From a virus, in IMG/VR virus record IMGVR_UViG_3300025141_000022, positions 96,001-160,000 of that record: DNA of 64,000 nucleotides; one strand, given 5' to 3'. The notes below the pieces were generated by a model. It saw nothing but the letters and a program-made list of their open reading frames with translations, ran no database searches and was not told the DNA's origin. Within the stretch, counting starts at the first letter, position 1. Each line of letters starts with the position of its first letter. The position numbers and the translations under genes were made by a program. This document shows, one piece after another, positions 55,349-64,000 of this stretch.

Positions 55349-57780
55349 AGGTGTATACACAACAAGAGGTTATGGCCTCTACGTTAGAGTATTTTGATGA
55401 TGATGATTTAGCAGCAAACGTTTGGGTAACCAAATACGCTCTTAAGGATAAGGCTGGCAACCTGTTGGAAAAAACGCCGGATGCCATGCATCGCCGTTTG
55501 GCTAGCGAGTTTGCTCGTGTTGAGACACATTATGCTGGCGACAGAGCTTTAAGTGAGAGCGAGATCTACGAGTTGCTAAAAGATTTTAAATACATTGTGC
55601 CGCAAGGTTCCCCGATGATGGGAATCGGCAATGATCATGTAAACGTGTCATTGTCTAATTGCGTGGTGGTCGCTAGCCCAGACGACAACATTTCTTCTAT
55701 CCTTGATTCTGGAAAAAGTTTAGCAAACCTTTTTAAACGCCGTTGCGGCGTGGGCATTGACGTATCTACACTACGCCCTGAAGGGGCGCCTGTTAATAAT
55801 TCTGCCGGCACAACTTCTGGTGCTTGGAGTTTCGCAGATTTTTATTCTTATGTATGTAGAATGATTGGCCAAAATGGTCGCAGAGGGGCATTAATGATTA
55901 CAATGGATGTGCGCCATCCTGACATTGAGAACTTCGTTACAATGAAGCAAGATTTGACCAAGGTAACGGGAGCAAATGTATCGGTTAAGATAAGCGATGA
56001 TTTTATGCGAGCAGTCGAGAATAAGGAAACATTCACCCTGCATTTCCCCATAGGCTCAGAGAACCCTAGCCACACAAAGAAGATTAACGCAGAAGAGTTG
56101 TGGAGTAAGATTGTAGAATCTGCCACAAAGACGGCGGAACCGGGCCTTCTCATGTGGGACAACATCACAAAGAATTTGCCCGCAGAAAGTTATGCCGCAT
56201 TTGGCTTCAAGACGTTAACCACCAACCCGTGCGGAGAGATCCCGCTGTCTGCATACGATAGCTGTCGCCTGACTTCCATCAACCTTAAGAACTTTGTTAT
56301 TAAACCTTTTTCTAAATCGGCCTATTTTGATTTTGACAAATTTAGTGATGTAGCCGCAAAGGCAATGAGATTGTCTGACGACTTGGTTGAACTGGAAATA
56401 GAAAAGCTACAGAAGATTGTTTCTGCATGTGATACTGAAGACGAAATGGTACTTTGGGGCAAATTGATGGACGCATGTATCGGTGGCCGCAGAACCGGCT
56501 TAGGAACTCATGGGTTGGCCGACGCGATTGCATGCCTCAGCATGGCCTATGACTCCACTGCTGCGCTAGAGGTAATTGACAAGATATATGGTGCCTTGAA
56601 GCTTGCAGCATACACAGAAAGCTCCAGACTCGCTGAAGAGCGCGGCGCATTTCCAATATTTGATTGGGAGATGGAAAAGGATAACTCCTTTATCAAATCG
56701 CTACCAGAAGAATTACAGTTGATGATGGCTCATGTCGGCCGAAGAAATATCTCTATTTTGACAAACGCCCCAACAGGCTCAGTATCAATTATGTCGCAGA
56801 CCAGTTCTGGTTTGGAGCCTGTATTTAGGAACTCTTATACACGCCGTCGAAAGCTGAGTCACAATGACACAGAAGTCAAGGCAGATTTTGTTGATGAGCT
56901 TGGAGACAAATGGCTTGAATATGCAGTATTTCATCATAATGTCCAGCGCTGGAGAGATATGCATGGTGAGGAAAAAGAACTGCCAGACTTCTTTGTTGAA
57001 AGTGATCAAATTGATTGGGTTCGCCGCATAGACATTCAGGCAGCAATCCAAAGGCATATTGATCACTCAATTAGCTCTACTATTAATTTACCCAAAGATA
57101 CAAATCCAGACACGGTAGGAGAGTTGTATTTTAAAGGTTGGGCAGCCGGCCTAAAGGGAATTACGGTTTATGTTGATGGTTCACGCTCTGGTGTTCTAGT
57201 AACAAACGAAGAATCCGAAGAGTCAGCAGAGCCATTTCCACACCATAAAGCACCAAAGCGTCCCACCGAGCTTTCATGTAAGATCCATCACGCGACGATT
57301 CAAGGAGAAAAGTGGACTATCCTAGTTGGCCTACTAGAAGGAAAGCCTTATGAGGTTATGGGAGGTCTTGCTACCTATGTTGAAATTCCAACAAAATACA
57401 CTGAGGGTATTCTAGTAAAGCACCCCAGAAAGTCAATGAATTCAAAGTATGATTTGCGCTTTGGTGAAAATGAAGACGAATTTGTCGTAAAGGACATTGT
57501 TAAAGTTTTTGACAATCCAAACCATTCTGCATTTACCAGAATGATTTCTTTGGGCCTCCGCCATGGAGCCAATGTACAATATGTTGTAGAGCAGATGCAG
57601 AAGGACCGTGACAGCGATATGTTTTCGTTTGTGAAGTGTGTAGCCCGTGTGCTCAAAAACTATATTGAAGACGGGGCAGAAGCCTCAGATAAAACTTGCC
57701 CTTCATGCAGTGCAGAAGGATTGGTTTACATGGATGGATGCGTTTTATGTAAAGAATGCGGATATTCAAAATGTGGTTGA
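55345..57780 (+). CDS. nrdJ: Class II (B12-dependent) ribonucleotide reductase with C-terminal extension and zinc ribbon
   Basis: SLSNCVV, GRRGALM, TTNPCGEIPL (radical Cys), CRL, APTGSVS, LKGITVYVDGSR; C-terminal CPSC...C.LCKECGYSKC; no NrdB or NrdG adjacent. Confidence 0.92.
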   Translation: MKVYTQQEVMASTLEYFDDDDLAANVWVTKYALKDKAGNLLEKTPDAMHRRLASEFARVETHYAGDRALSESEIYELLKDFKYIVPQGSPMMGIGNDHVNVSLSNCVVVASPDDNISSILDSGKSLANLFKRRCGVGIDVSTLRPEGAPVNNSAGTTSGAWSFADFYSYVCRMIGQNGRRGALMITMDVRHPDIENFVTMKQDLTKVTGANVSVKISDDFMRAVENKETFTLHFPIGSENPSHTKKINAEELWSKIVESATKTAEPGLLMWDNITKNLPAESYAAFGFKTLTTNPCGEIPLSAYDSCRLTSINLKNFVIKPFSKSAYFDFDKFSDVAAKAMRLSDDLVELEIEKLQKIVSACDTEDEMVLWGKLMDACIGGRRTGLGTHGLADAIACLSMAYDSTAALEVIDKIYGALKLAAYTESSRLAEERGAFPIFDWEMEKDNSFIKSLPEELQLMMAHVGRRNISILTNAPTGSVSIMSQTSSGLEPVFRNSYTRRRKLSHNDTEVKADFVDELGDKWLEYAVFHHNVQRWRDMHGEEKELPDFFVESDQIDWVRRIDIQAAIQRHIDHSISSTINLPKDTNPDTVGELYFKGWAAGLKGITVYVDGSRSGVLVTNEESEESAEPFPHHKAPKRPTELSCKIHHATIQGEKWTILVGLLEGKPYEVMGGLATYVEIPTKYTEGILVKHPRKSMNSKYDLRFGENEDEFVVKDIVKVFDNPNHSAFTRMISLGLRHGANVQYVVEQMQKDRDSDMFSFVKCVARVLKNYIEDGAEASDKTCPSCSAEGLVYMDGCVLCKECGYSKCG

Positions 57781-57804
57781 CATCCAACCAGAATGTGATA
57801 TAAT
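57777..57804 (+). promoter_or_regulatory. sigma70-type promoter with extended -10
   Basis: TTGACA 57777-57782, 16-bp spacer, TGa-TATAAT 57799-57804; strong AAGGAGG RBS follows. Confidence 0.75.
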
Positions 57805-57825
57805 ATTAATATAAAGGAGGTAGGT

Positions 57826-58131
57826 ATGATTAAAAACCTAACATTGGCCCCAGAATATGCTGAGGTCGCAGAAATTGATGATGAAGAGTCTGAGAAGGAG
57901 CAGCGTATTGTTGAATATATTCGCTCTTTAAAGACAATCGAAGATGCCATGGAACCCTATAAAGAGCAAAAGCGAGATCTCCGTAAGGAATTTAAAGATC
58001 AGGGCTGGCTTGATGCTGACGAACAGCGCATGGTAACTAAGGCTTATCGGCTTGTTAAAGACGAGACTGATTTAGAGCAGCTAATGGACTTTTATGAAAC
58101 CATCAAGAAGGCTAGAAATGGTAAGGTGTAA
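57826..58131 (+). CDS. Small helical dsDNA-binding protein (T4 DsbA/GapR-like)
   Basis: IVEYIRSLKTIEDAMEPYKEQKRDLRKEFKDQG...AYRLVK resembles the DsbA/DUF2312 pattern. Confidence 0.5.
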   Translation: MIKNLTLAPEYAEVAEIDDEESEKEQRIVEYIRSLKTIEDAMEPYKEQKRDLRKEFKDQGWLDADEQRMVTKAYRLVKDETDLEQLMDFYETIKKARNGKV

Positions 58132-58133
58132 AA

Positions 58134-58358
58134 ATGCGTCAACAGCCATACAGCCACTTGTTGTCTAAAATAAACATTACAGATAGGTGTTCTGTTATTG
58201 CAGGAGATCATTATTATCTTCCAACCGGAACTGTTAGGGCGATGGTTGGAGATAATGTCTCTGTTGATTTTTATTGCAAATATTGTGATAAGCGCATAAC
58301 AGAGTTTTTAACCAAAGCACAATACAATACTTATAAAAAACAACTTAAACAGGAGTAG
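58134..58358 (+). CDS. Hypothetical protein
   Basis: 74 aa, FYCKYC motif. Confidence 0.55.
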   Translation: MRQQPYSHLLSKINITDRCSVIAGDHYYLPTGTVRAMVGDNVSVDFYCKYCDKRITEFLTKAQYNTYKKQLKQE

Positions 58359-58663
58359 TGATGAGATTTTCGCCGCTAAACAGAAATATTCATATTGAAT
58401 TGAAATCCTCTGAGGATGAGCATACAACAGAATCTGGCCTTTTACTGCCCGAGGACTATAAGCCAAAGTCAGAGTACGCGCTTGCGAGGGTCATTGATGT
58501 GGCCCCTGACTGCAAGTTATCGGTATTTGACTCATCGGCCCGCTTGCGCACGTCTGGAATGTATGTCGTCGTATTGGAGTCGATGGTTGAGGAGATTACT
58601 TACGCTGGCAAGACATTTCACGTTGTGCTAGAAAATCATGTCGTTGGGCTACTACAGTCGTGA
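58358..58663 (+). CDS. groES: GroES-like co-chaperonin
   Basis: RFSPLNRNIHIE, mobile loop TTESGLLLP, ARVIDV, C-terminal VVLENHVVG. Confidence 0.75.
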   Translation: MMRFSPLNRNIHIELKSSEDEHTTESGLLLPEDYKPKSEYALARVIDVAPDCKLSVFDSSARLRTSGMYVVVLESMVEEITYAGKTFHVVLENHVVGLLQS

Positions 58664-59523
58664 GGGACTCGGTTTATGAATATGATGAGTTAGTTATAGG
58701 GTTTACCTATAATGCTGTGTTGTATTCGTACTTAAACGAGTTGCCAATAGTTGGCGTAGTGTATAGACCACCAATTATATTTGAGACAGCCGGTACAAGG
58801 CTTAAACGAGATATGTACGAGGAGATGATTTTTCTCCTATCGCTGTCAGGGCTGGCTCCGTTTTCAAACATGGTCACTTCAATAAGGCTATCAGAAAATA
58901 ATGTGCTAAATATAGTTGTTGGCGAAACGACCGTGATTAAGGCTAAATTTAATAAACTTACTGTTTTTGATGAAGAGGGCTTGCAGGGCTTTGAGCCACC
59001 CATAAACCAAGAAGTTAAAAAGTATCAAGTTCTGGATTGGTTTAATGTTCGTCGTGGCATGACGCACTCGCATGACTTGTTACGGTCTGATTCTAACTTC
59101 GTTGAGTATGTAAGGTTTTATCCGACAATGAGGCTAGACGGCCACCACCCTGATAAAAAGGATTTGGTCGCCTTTTCAACGATGACGCAGGAAGAGATTG
59201 ATGTATGGGAAGGCTCAGAAGCTCACGCCCGACTCAAAATATTAAAGATGATGAAAGAGGCAGGAATAAGGGGAACAAGGAATGGAAGGAATCCCCTGTA
59301 TCCAGAACGTTCTTCGCAAGAGTATAAATATTATGCCGTATCGATTCAGCATGATTATCGTGAAAAGATACCAATCACTAGAGACAAGTATGAAGATACA
59401 GAAACAGTTTTTCATAATTATCAAACAGCAGATGAGATTTTTGCAGAGAGTGATGATGAAAACAATAAATACAGTTATATAGACAAGCTTCAAAGGATGT
59501 TTTTAGAAAATGGAACAAGGTAA
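58660..59523 (+). CDS. Hypothetical protein, possible degenerate Rossmann N-terminus
   Basis: YDELVIGFTYNAVLY resembles a beta-alpha dinucleotide-binding start but lacks the GxG glycines. Confidence 0.55.
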   Translation: MRDSVYEYDELVIGFTYNAVLYSYLNELPIVGVVYRPPIIFETAGTRLKRDMYEEMIFLLSLSGLAPFSNMVTSIRLSENNVLNIVVGETTVIKAKFNKLTVFDEEGLQGFEPPINQEVKKYQVLDWFNVRRGMTHSHDLLRSDSNFVEYVRFYPTMRLDGHHPDKKDLVAFSTMTQEEIDVWEGSEAHARLKILKMMKEAGIRGTRNGRNPLYPERSSQEYKYYAVSIQHDYREKIPITRDKYEDTETVFHNYQTADEIFAESDDENNKYSYIDKLQRMFLENGTR

Positions 59524-60415
59524 AAAGAACATGTCTTCTTTTCATTTAGCGGGCATAATCCCAGTCGCCGGCCAACCACTTGATTTTGAGATGCCATGGC
59601 ATGATTGTATGCAGCCTCTGGCGCCGGGCTATCTTGCAATTCATCAAGCTGTGATGCAATGCGCGACAGCCGGCTGCGAAACGATTTGGATTATTTGTCA
59701 TCGGGATATGCAGCCGCTTATTCGGCACGAAGTTGGAGAACATGTTCAAGACCCAGTGTGGTTTGGCCGTCCTTCACCATTTGCATCGGAAGAGAGAAAG
59801 ACTATTCCAATATATTATATACCAATACACCCAAAAGATAGAGATAGAAGAGACTGTCTTGGGTGGAGCGTTCTTTACGGTGCCAACTGTGCATACTGGG
59901 TAAGTCGCAAGATGAGCAAATGGGTAATACCTGATATGTATTACACAGCCTTTCCCTATGGAGTTTTTTCACTTAAAGAACTCCGACAACATCGAAAGCA
60001 GATATCGTCCCATGAAAAGTTCTTTCTGACATATCAGGGCGAATCTGTGCAGCAAGGTCAATATTTGGGCTTCACATTCGATGCCGAGGATTTTAAGAAA
60101 ATAAGGGCCCAGCTTCGTAAAGATGGCACGGGCATGTGGTCGGGAGACGAGTTAAAAGACGGCAAATACCCGACTAAAAAATTACCAGTCGAAGAAAGAT
60201 ACTCGGCAAGGTATTTTTCTCTTGACAAAGTATTTAAAAATGTTATATTAGAGGGAGCAAATAAGGCAGAGTTGTCATGGTTCTATGATATAGGATCGTG
60301 GGAAGGCTACTGTAAATTTATTGGTTCTAGTGACCGAGAAAACATAAAAAAACCGTACAATAAAATTTTGAGTTATAGGGAGTTTAACGAAGTTGGATAC
60401 GATATCGAAGATTAA
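59510..60415 (+). CDS. Sugar-phosphate nucleotidyltransferase-like protein (degenerate)
   Basis: LAGIIPVAG...MQPL...AIHQAVMQCATAGCETIWII matches the NTP_transferase N-terminal pattern but lacks GTR/PK. Confidence 0.6.
   Translation: MEQGKKNMSSFHLAGIIPVAGQPLDFEMPWHDCMQPLAPGYLAIHQAVMQCATAGCETIWIICHRDMQPLIRHEVGEHVQDPVWFGRPSPFASEERKTIPIYYIPIHPKDRDRRDCLGWSVLYGANCAYWVSRKMSKWVIPDMYYTAFPYGVFSLKELRQHRKQISSHEKFFLTYQGESVQQGQYLGFTFDAEDFKKIRAQLRKDGTGMWSGDELKDGKYPTKKLPVEERYSARYFSLDKVFKNVILEGANKAELSWFYDIGSWEGYCKFIGSSDRENIKKPYNKILSYREFNEVGYDIED
60222..60249 (+). promoter_or_regulatory. sigma70-type promoter inside ORF 59510, facing dnaE
   Basis: TTGACA 60222-60227, 16-bp spacer, TGt-TATATT 60244-60249. Confidence 0.6.
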
Positions 60416-63400
60416 ATTTGTTGGATTACACGCACATAGTGTTGCTGGATCTATTTTTGATGCAATAGGGTTCCCACAGGAACATATGGATTTTGCATAT
60501 CAAAATGGCTGTGATGCACTAGCCCTGACTGACCATGGTAACATGAATGGGCTTCCGTATCAGGTACTGCATGCTAAAAGAATGCAGGCAGAGGGTAAAA
60601 ACTTTAAACCAATTTTTGGCGTCGAAGCGTATTTTATACCGGATCTGGCCCAATGGCGTGAAGAATATGATCAAGCCATGGCCGACAAGAAACGCGCACG
60701 TTCTCTAAAAAAATCATCTCAATCTGGTGCGACCATTGAAGATGAAAACGCTAGCAAGACGGCTATTAAAGACATCATCCGACGCAGAGCACACTTGGTA
60801 CTGGTGGCTCAAAACCAGACTGGCCTAAATAACCTGTTTAAATTGATTTCGGAATCTTACCAGCCAGAGAATTATTATCGTTATCCTCGAATGGATTATG
60901 CCATGCTTAAGAAATATGGCGAAGGAATTATCGCATCTTCAGCGTGCCTAGGCGGTGTGTATGCCCAAGATTATTGGCAAAGCTGGGAACAGAATGAGGA
61001 TGGCGAGCGCCACTTTAACGAACAAGAGTGTATGCGGCGAATGCGGATTACTACAGAGAAGATGGTAGATATTTTTGGAGATAGGTGGTATGGAGAATTG
61101 CAGTGGAACAACATTGACGATCAGCATCGTTTAAACCAATATATTATTAAGGTTGCCGAAGAGTATGGCGTAGAGCTTGTTACAACTGCTGACAGTCATT
61201 ATCCAAATCCCACCGCGTGGAAAGACCGCGAACTTTATAAGCGTCTAGGTTGGCTAGGTAAGAGTAAACCAGATTACGAAACAAATGAGTTGCCGCCTGG
61301 GGTCGAAGAGATCGGGTATGAACTATATCCTAAAAACGGAGATCAGATTTGGGAGTCTTACAAGAAGTATTCGTCTGATTGTAATTTCGAATATGATGAC
61401 GGTCTTGTTATGCGCTCGATCACCAACACACACATGATTGCGCACGAAAGAATTGATAACTTTATTCCTGACAATACTGTTCGTTTGCCCGATTTTGTGG
61501 TGCCTGAAGACATGACTGCTGATGCCGCTCTTATTAAACTAAGCCTGGAGGGGCTAAAGAATTTAAATCTCCTCCAAGAAGAGGTTTATCGTGATCGTCT
61601 AAAGCGAGAGCTTGACGTTATTGCTGACAGAGGGTTCAGCAAATACTTCCTTACGATGAAAGCCATTTCAGATCGAGCAGCAGACAACATGCTCACTGGC
61701 CCCGGCCGAGGCAGCGCAGCGGGATCGTTAGTAGCCTATGTTTTGGGAATTACTCAGGTAGATCCTATTAAATATGGTTTGCTGTTCTCGCGTTTCTTGC
61801 GCTCAGACGCAACAGACTATCCCGATATTGATTACGATGTGGCTGACCCGATGGTGCTCAAAGAGCGCTTGATCGAGGAGTGGGGAGAAGATACTGTTGC
61901 ACCGATTTCTAACTGGAACACACTCAAGCTCAGAAGCTTAATCAAAGACATTTCCAAGTTTTATGGAATCGAGTTTACGCAAGTTAATTCTGTGACTAGT
62001 AAGATGATCCATGAGGCCATTGGCCCTGCCAAGAAGCGACATGGGATCAAGGCCGGGGTATACAGTCCCACGTTTGAAGAGGTGATGGAATTCAGTACAA
62101 CGCTGCAAGCCTTTTTGAATCAGTATCCATTTGTAAAGACTCACGTCGAAGCTCTGGTTGGCCAAGTTCGTTCATGCTCTCGGCATGCCGGCGGGATCGT
62201 TGTAGCGGAAAACCTAGATCAGTATATGCCGCTGATTAACTCTGGTGGCGTTCGTCAAACACCGTGGTCAGAAGGCCAGAACGTCAGACATCTTGAGCCA
62301 ATGGGGTTTATTAAGTTCGATATTTTAGGACTCTCCACATTGAGAATGATTGACGGAGCGGTTCAACATATTTTACGAAGACATCATGGAATTGAGGACT
62401 GCACATTTGAGCACATTAAGGATTACTATAATCAAAATCTGCATCCTGATGTATTAGACATGAGTGATCAGTCTGTGTACGAGAATATTTTTCATGCCGG
62501 CACATGGGCTGGCATCTTTCAGTTTACTGAAAATGGAGCGCAGCAGTTTTGCACCCGTGCAAAGCCAACAAGCATTATTGATATTGCTGCTATCACATCT
62601 ATTTTTCGACCGGGCCCCCTTAGCGCCAATGTCGATAAGGACTATGTAGAGGCCAAGAGGAGTCCACAATATATTAAATATATTCATCCAATTGTTCAGG
62701 AGATCACCGAAGAAACGTATGGGTTCTTAATCTTTCAGGAGCAAATTGCACTACTCGCTCATAAGCTTGGTAAGGATTTGAGCCTTGATGAAGGTAACGC
62801 GCTTCGTAAACTACTTACTAAGAAGGGTACAGGAAAAGGCAATGATAAGAAAACGATTATTTATAAAAAGTTTATGCAAGGTTGTCAAGATAAGGGCGTC
62901 ACAAAGTCGAACAGTCAAAGATTGTGGGATACTTTTGAGTACTTTTCTGGCTATGGCTTTAATAAGTCACACGCAGTGTCGTACTCAATCCTGTCGTACC
63001 AATGCGCATGGTTGATGAATTATTATCCTGCTGAGTGGATGGCAGCCTTTCTCGACAAAGAGCCAGAGTCTAGAAAGGAAAAGGCCATTAACATAGCTAA
63101 GCGCTTTGGTTTCGATATCGCCCCTCTCAACGTCAACACTTCTGGTGTAGTTTGGGAAATCGATCAGGATCAGAAAACACTAATTCAGCCACTAACTTCG
63201 ATAAAGGGTTTGGGCATCGCGGCAATTGAGCAGATTATTAACAATCGTCCGTTCCAGAGTGTTGAAAGTTTCATCTTTAACGAAGAGATAGTTTACAGCA
63301 AACTAAACAAGAAGGCGCTGGATGTGTTGATTAGAAGCGGCGCAACAGACTGCCTCATTGATGGTAGGTTTACTGGCGCGAGGCACTTCTGGTCTGCTGT

Positions 63401-63848
63401 CGCCGTGGACCGCCCTAGGAAGGAGAAGAATCTAGTCGAAAATATTGAACTCTACTCCCCCGAAGGCGATTTCACAGAGGCTGAAAAAATTCAGTACCTC
63501 GTTGATTTGACTGGAGTGTTCCCCTTGAATAAGGTTATCACACTTGAGGTACAAGAAAGGCTAGAACAGATGTGTGTTCCTCCGTTGGCGGAATATGATC
63601 CAGATTTACATATCGCGTGGTTTGTTCCAAGAAATATTATTCCGCGAAAAACAAAAAACGGTAAAGACTACTGGATTGTAGAGGTTATTGATTCGACAAG
63701 TAAATTGACAAAAATCCGATGTTGGGGAATCCGACCGGGCCGGGACAACTTGCATATAAATAGGCCATATATGGCCAAGCTTGATTACAATCCAGAGTGG
63801 GGATTTTCAACAAGATCACTGAGGCACAATTTTAAACTTCTAGGATAA
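60393..63848 (+). CDS. dnaE: DNA polymerase III alpha subunit (family C)
   Basis: PHP domain LHAHS...ALTDHGNM, GPGRGSAAGSLVAY, YPDIDYD, RHAGG, KFDILGL, FNKSHA, C-terminal HhH/OB region. Confidence 0.96.
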   Translation: MDTISKIKFVGLHAHSVAGSIFDAIGFPQEHMDFAYQNGCDALALTDHGNMNGLPYQVLHAKRMQAEGKNFKPIFGVEAYFIPDLAQWREEYDQAMADKKRARSLKKSSQSGATIEDENASKTAIKDIIRRRAHLVLVAQNQTGLNNLFKLISESYQPENYYRYPRMDYAMLKKYGEGIIASSACLGGVYAQDYWQSWEQNEDGERHFNEQECMRRMRITTEKMVDIFGDRWYGELQWNNIDDQHRLNQYIIKVAEEYGVELVTTADSHYPNPTAWKDRELYKRLGWLGKSKPDYETNELPPGVEEIGYELYPKNGDQIWESYKKYSSDCNFEYDDGLVMRSITNTHMIAHERIDNFIPDNTVRLPDFVVPEDMTADAALIKLSLEGLKNLNLLQEEVYRDRLKRELDVIADRGFSKYFLTMKAISDRAADNMLTGPGRGSAAGSLVAYVLGITQVDPIKYGLLFSRFLRSDATDYPDIDYDVADPMVLKERLIEEWGEDTVAPISNWNTLKLRSLIKDISKFYGIEFTQVNSVTSKMIHEAIGPAKKRHGIKAGVYSPTFEEVMEFSTTLQAFLNQYPFVKTHVEALVGQVRSCSRHAGGIVVAENLDQYMPLINSGGVRQTPWSEGQNVRHLEPMGFIKFDILGLSTLRMIDGAVQHILRRHHGIEDCTFEHIKDYYNQNLHPDVLDMSDQSVYENIFHAGTWAGIFQFTENGAQQFCTRAKPTSIIDIAAITSIFRPGPLSANVDKDYVEAKRSPQYIKYIHPIVQEITEETYGFLIFQEQIALLAHKLGKDLSLDEGNALRKLLTKKGTGKGNDKKTIIYKKFMQGCQDKGVTKSNSQRLWDTFEYFSGYGFNKSHAVSYSILSYQCAWLMNYYPAEWMAAFLDKEPESRKEKAINIAKRFGFDIAPLNVNTSGVVWEIDQDQKTLIQPLTSIKGLGIAAIEQIINNRPFQSVESFIFNEEIVYSKLNKKALDVLIRSGATDCLIDGRFTGARHFWSAVAVDRPRKEKNLVENIELYSPEGDFTEAEKIQYLVDLTGVFPLNKVITLEVQERLEQMCVPPLAEYDPDLHIAWFVPRNIIPRKTKNGKDYWIVEVIDSTSKLTKIRCWGIRPGRDNLHINRPYMAKLDYNPEWGFSTRSLRHNFKLLG

Positions 63849-63851
63849 GAT

Positions 63852-64000
63852 GTGAGTAAAAAATCTAAGATGAGCTTCTTTGAAAGCTTTGATCATACAG
63901 ATAAGTCGGCATGGGCTACGAAAAGACTAAATGATGACGAATTCATTATAAGAAGTAGAGGTTCCCTATCTGGCAGTTGCGAACATTGCGGGCAAGAATA
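63852..64000 (+). CDS. 5' part of a hypothetical protein cut by the window edge
   Basis: GTG 63852, open to the end, contains CEHC. Confidence 0.4.
   Translation, partial: MSKKSKMSFFESFDHTDKSAWATKRLNDDEFIIRSRGSLSGSCEHCGQE

Noticed and set aside
7790-63848. Inteins or introns in terminase, RecA, helicase, NrdJ or DnaE
   Set aside because: Lengths are ordinary, motifs are contiguous, and there are no HN-C/S/T splice junctions or homing-endonuclease motifs.
1-64000. All minus-strand ORFs in the track
   Set aside because: They overlap well-supported plus-strand genes, lack RBSs and motifs, and many simply mirror repeats or low-complexity plus-strand sequence.
1-64000. tRNA, tmRNA or rRNA genes
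   Set aside because: Intergenic gaps are short and I found no cloverleaf with T-loop/D-loop consensus. tRNAscan-SE or ARAGORN would be needed to exclude them formally.
1-64000. Stop-codon reassignment (as in some huge phages)
   Set aside because: Core genes are full length in the standard code and end at TAA, TAG and TGA alike.

Overview
The window is a 64-kb segment of a large T4-like (contractile-tailed, probably jumbo-sized) bacteriophage genome. It uses the standard code, and every credible gene is on the + strand. About 0.2-41.8 kb is a head-neck-tail morphogenesis region: terminase, portal, gp21 protease, scaffold, major capsid, gp13/14/15, sheath, tube, chaperone, tape measure and baseplate. 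Embedded in it are a fused Mre11-Rad50 (gp47-gp46) gene, a lysis-like cassette, an Hc1-like protein, a ribosomal protein bS21 gene and three modular fibre genes. About 41.8-64 kb is a replication/metabolism region: a minimal family-A polymerase, a degenerate tubulin/FtsZ-like protein, gp32-like SSB, RecA/UvsX, a deaminase, 5'-3' exonuclease, DnaB-like helicase, NrdJ, GroES and DnaE. Two promoter classes can be read directly: sigma70-type TTGACA-16/17-TATAAT before replication genes, and an aCTAnTTA motif before late genes. The most interesting inferred system is a set of three families of short leader peptides ending in I/L-x-E. They are shared by otherwise unrelated proteins and look like capsid-targeting and gp21-cleavage signals for virion cargo, including a late-promoter island with a nucleotidyltransferase inside the replication region. 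A probable +1/-2 frameshift is present in the tail chaperone. I found no tRNA, CRISPR array, intein or transposase. All family assignments come from motif recognition without database searches, and the host cannot be determined from this window.
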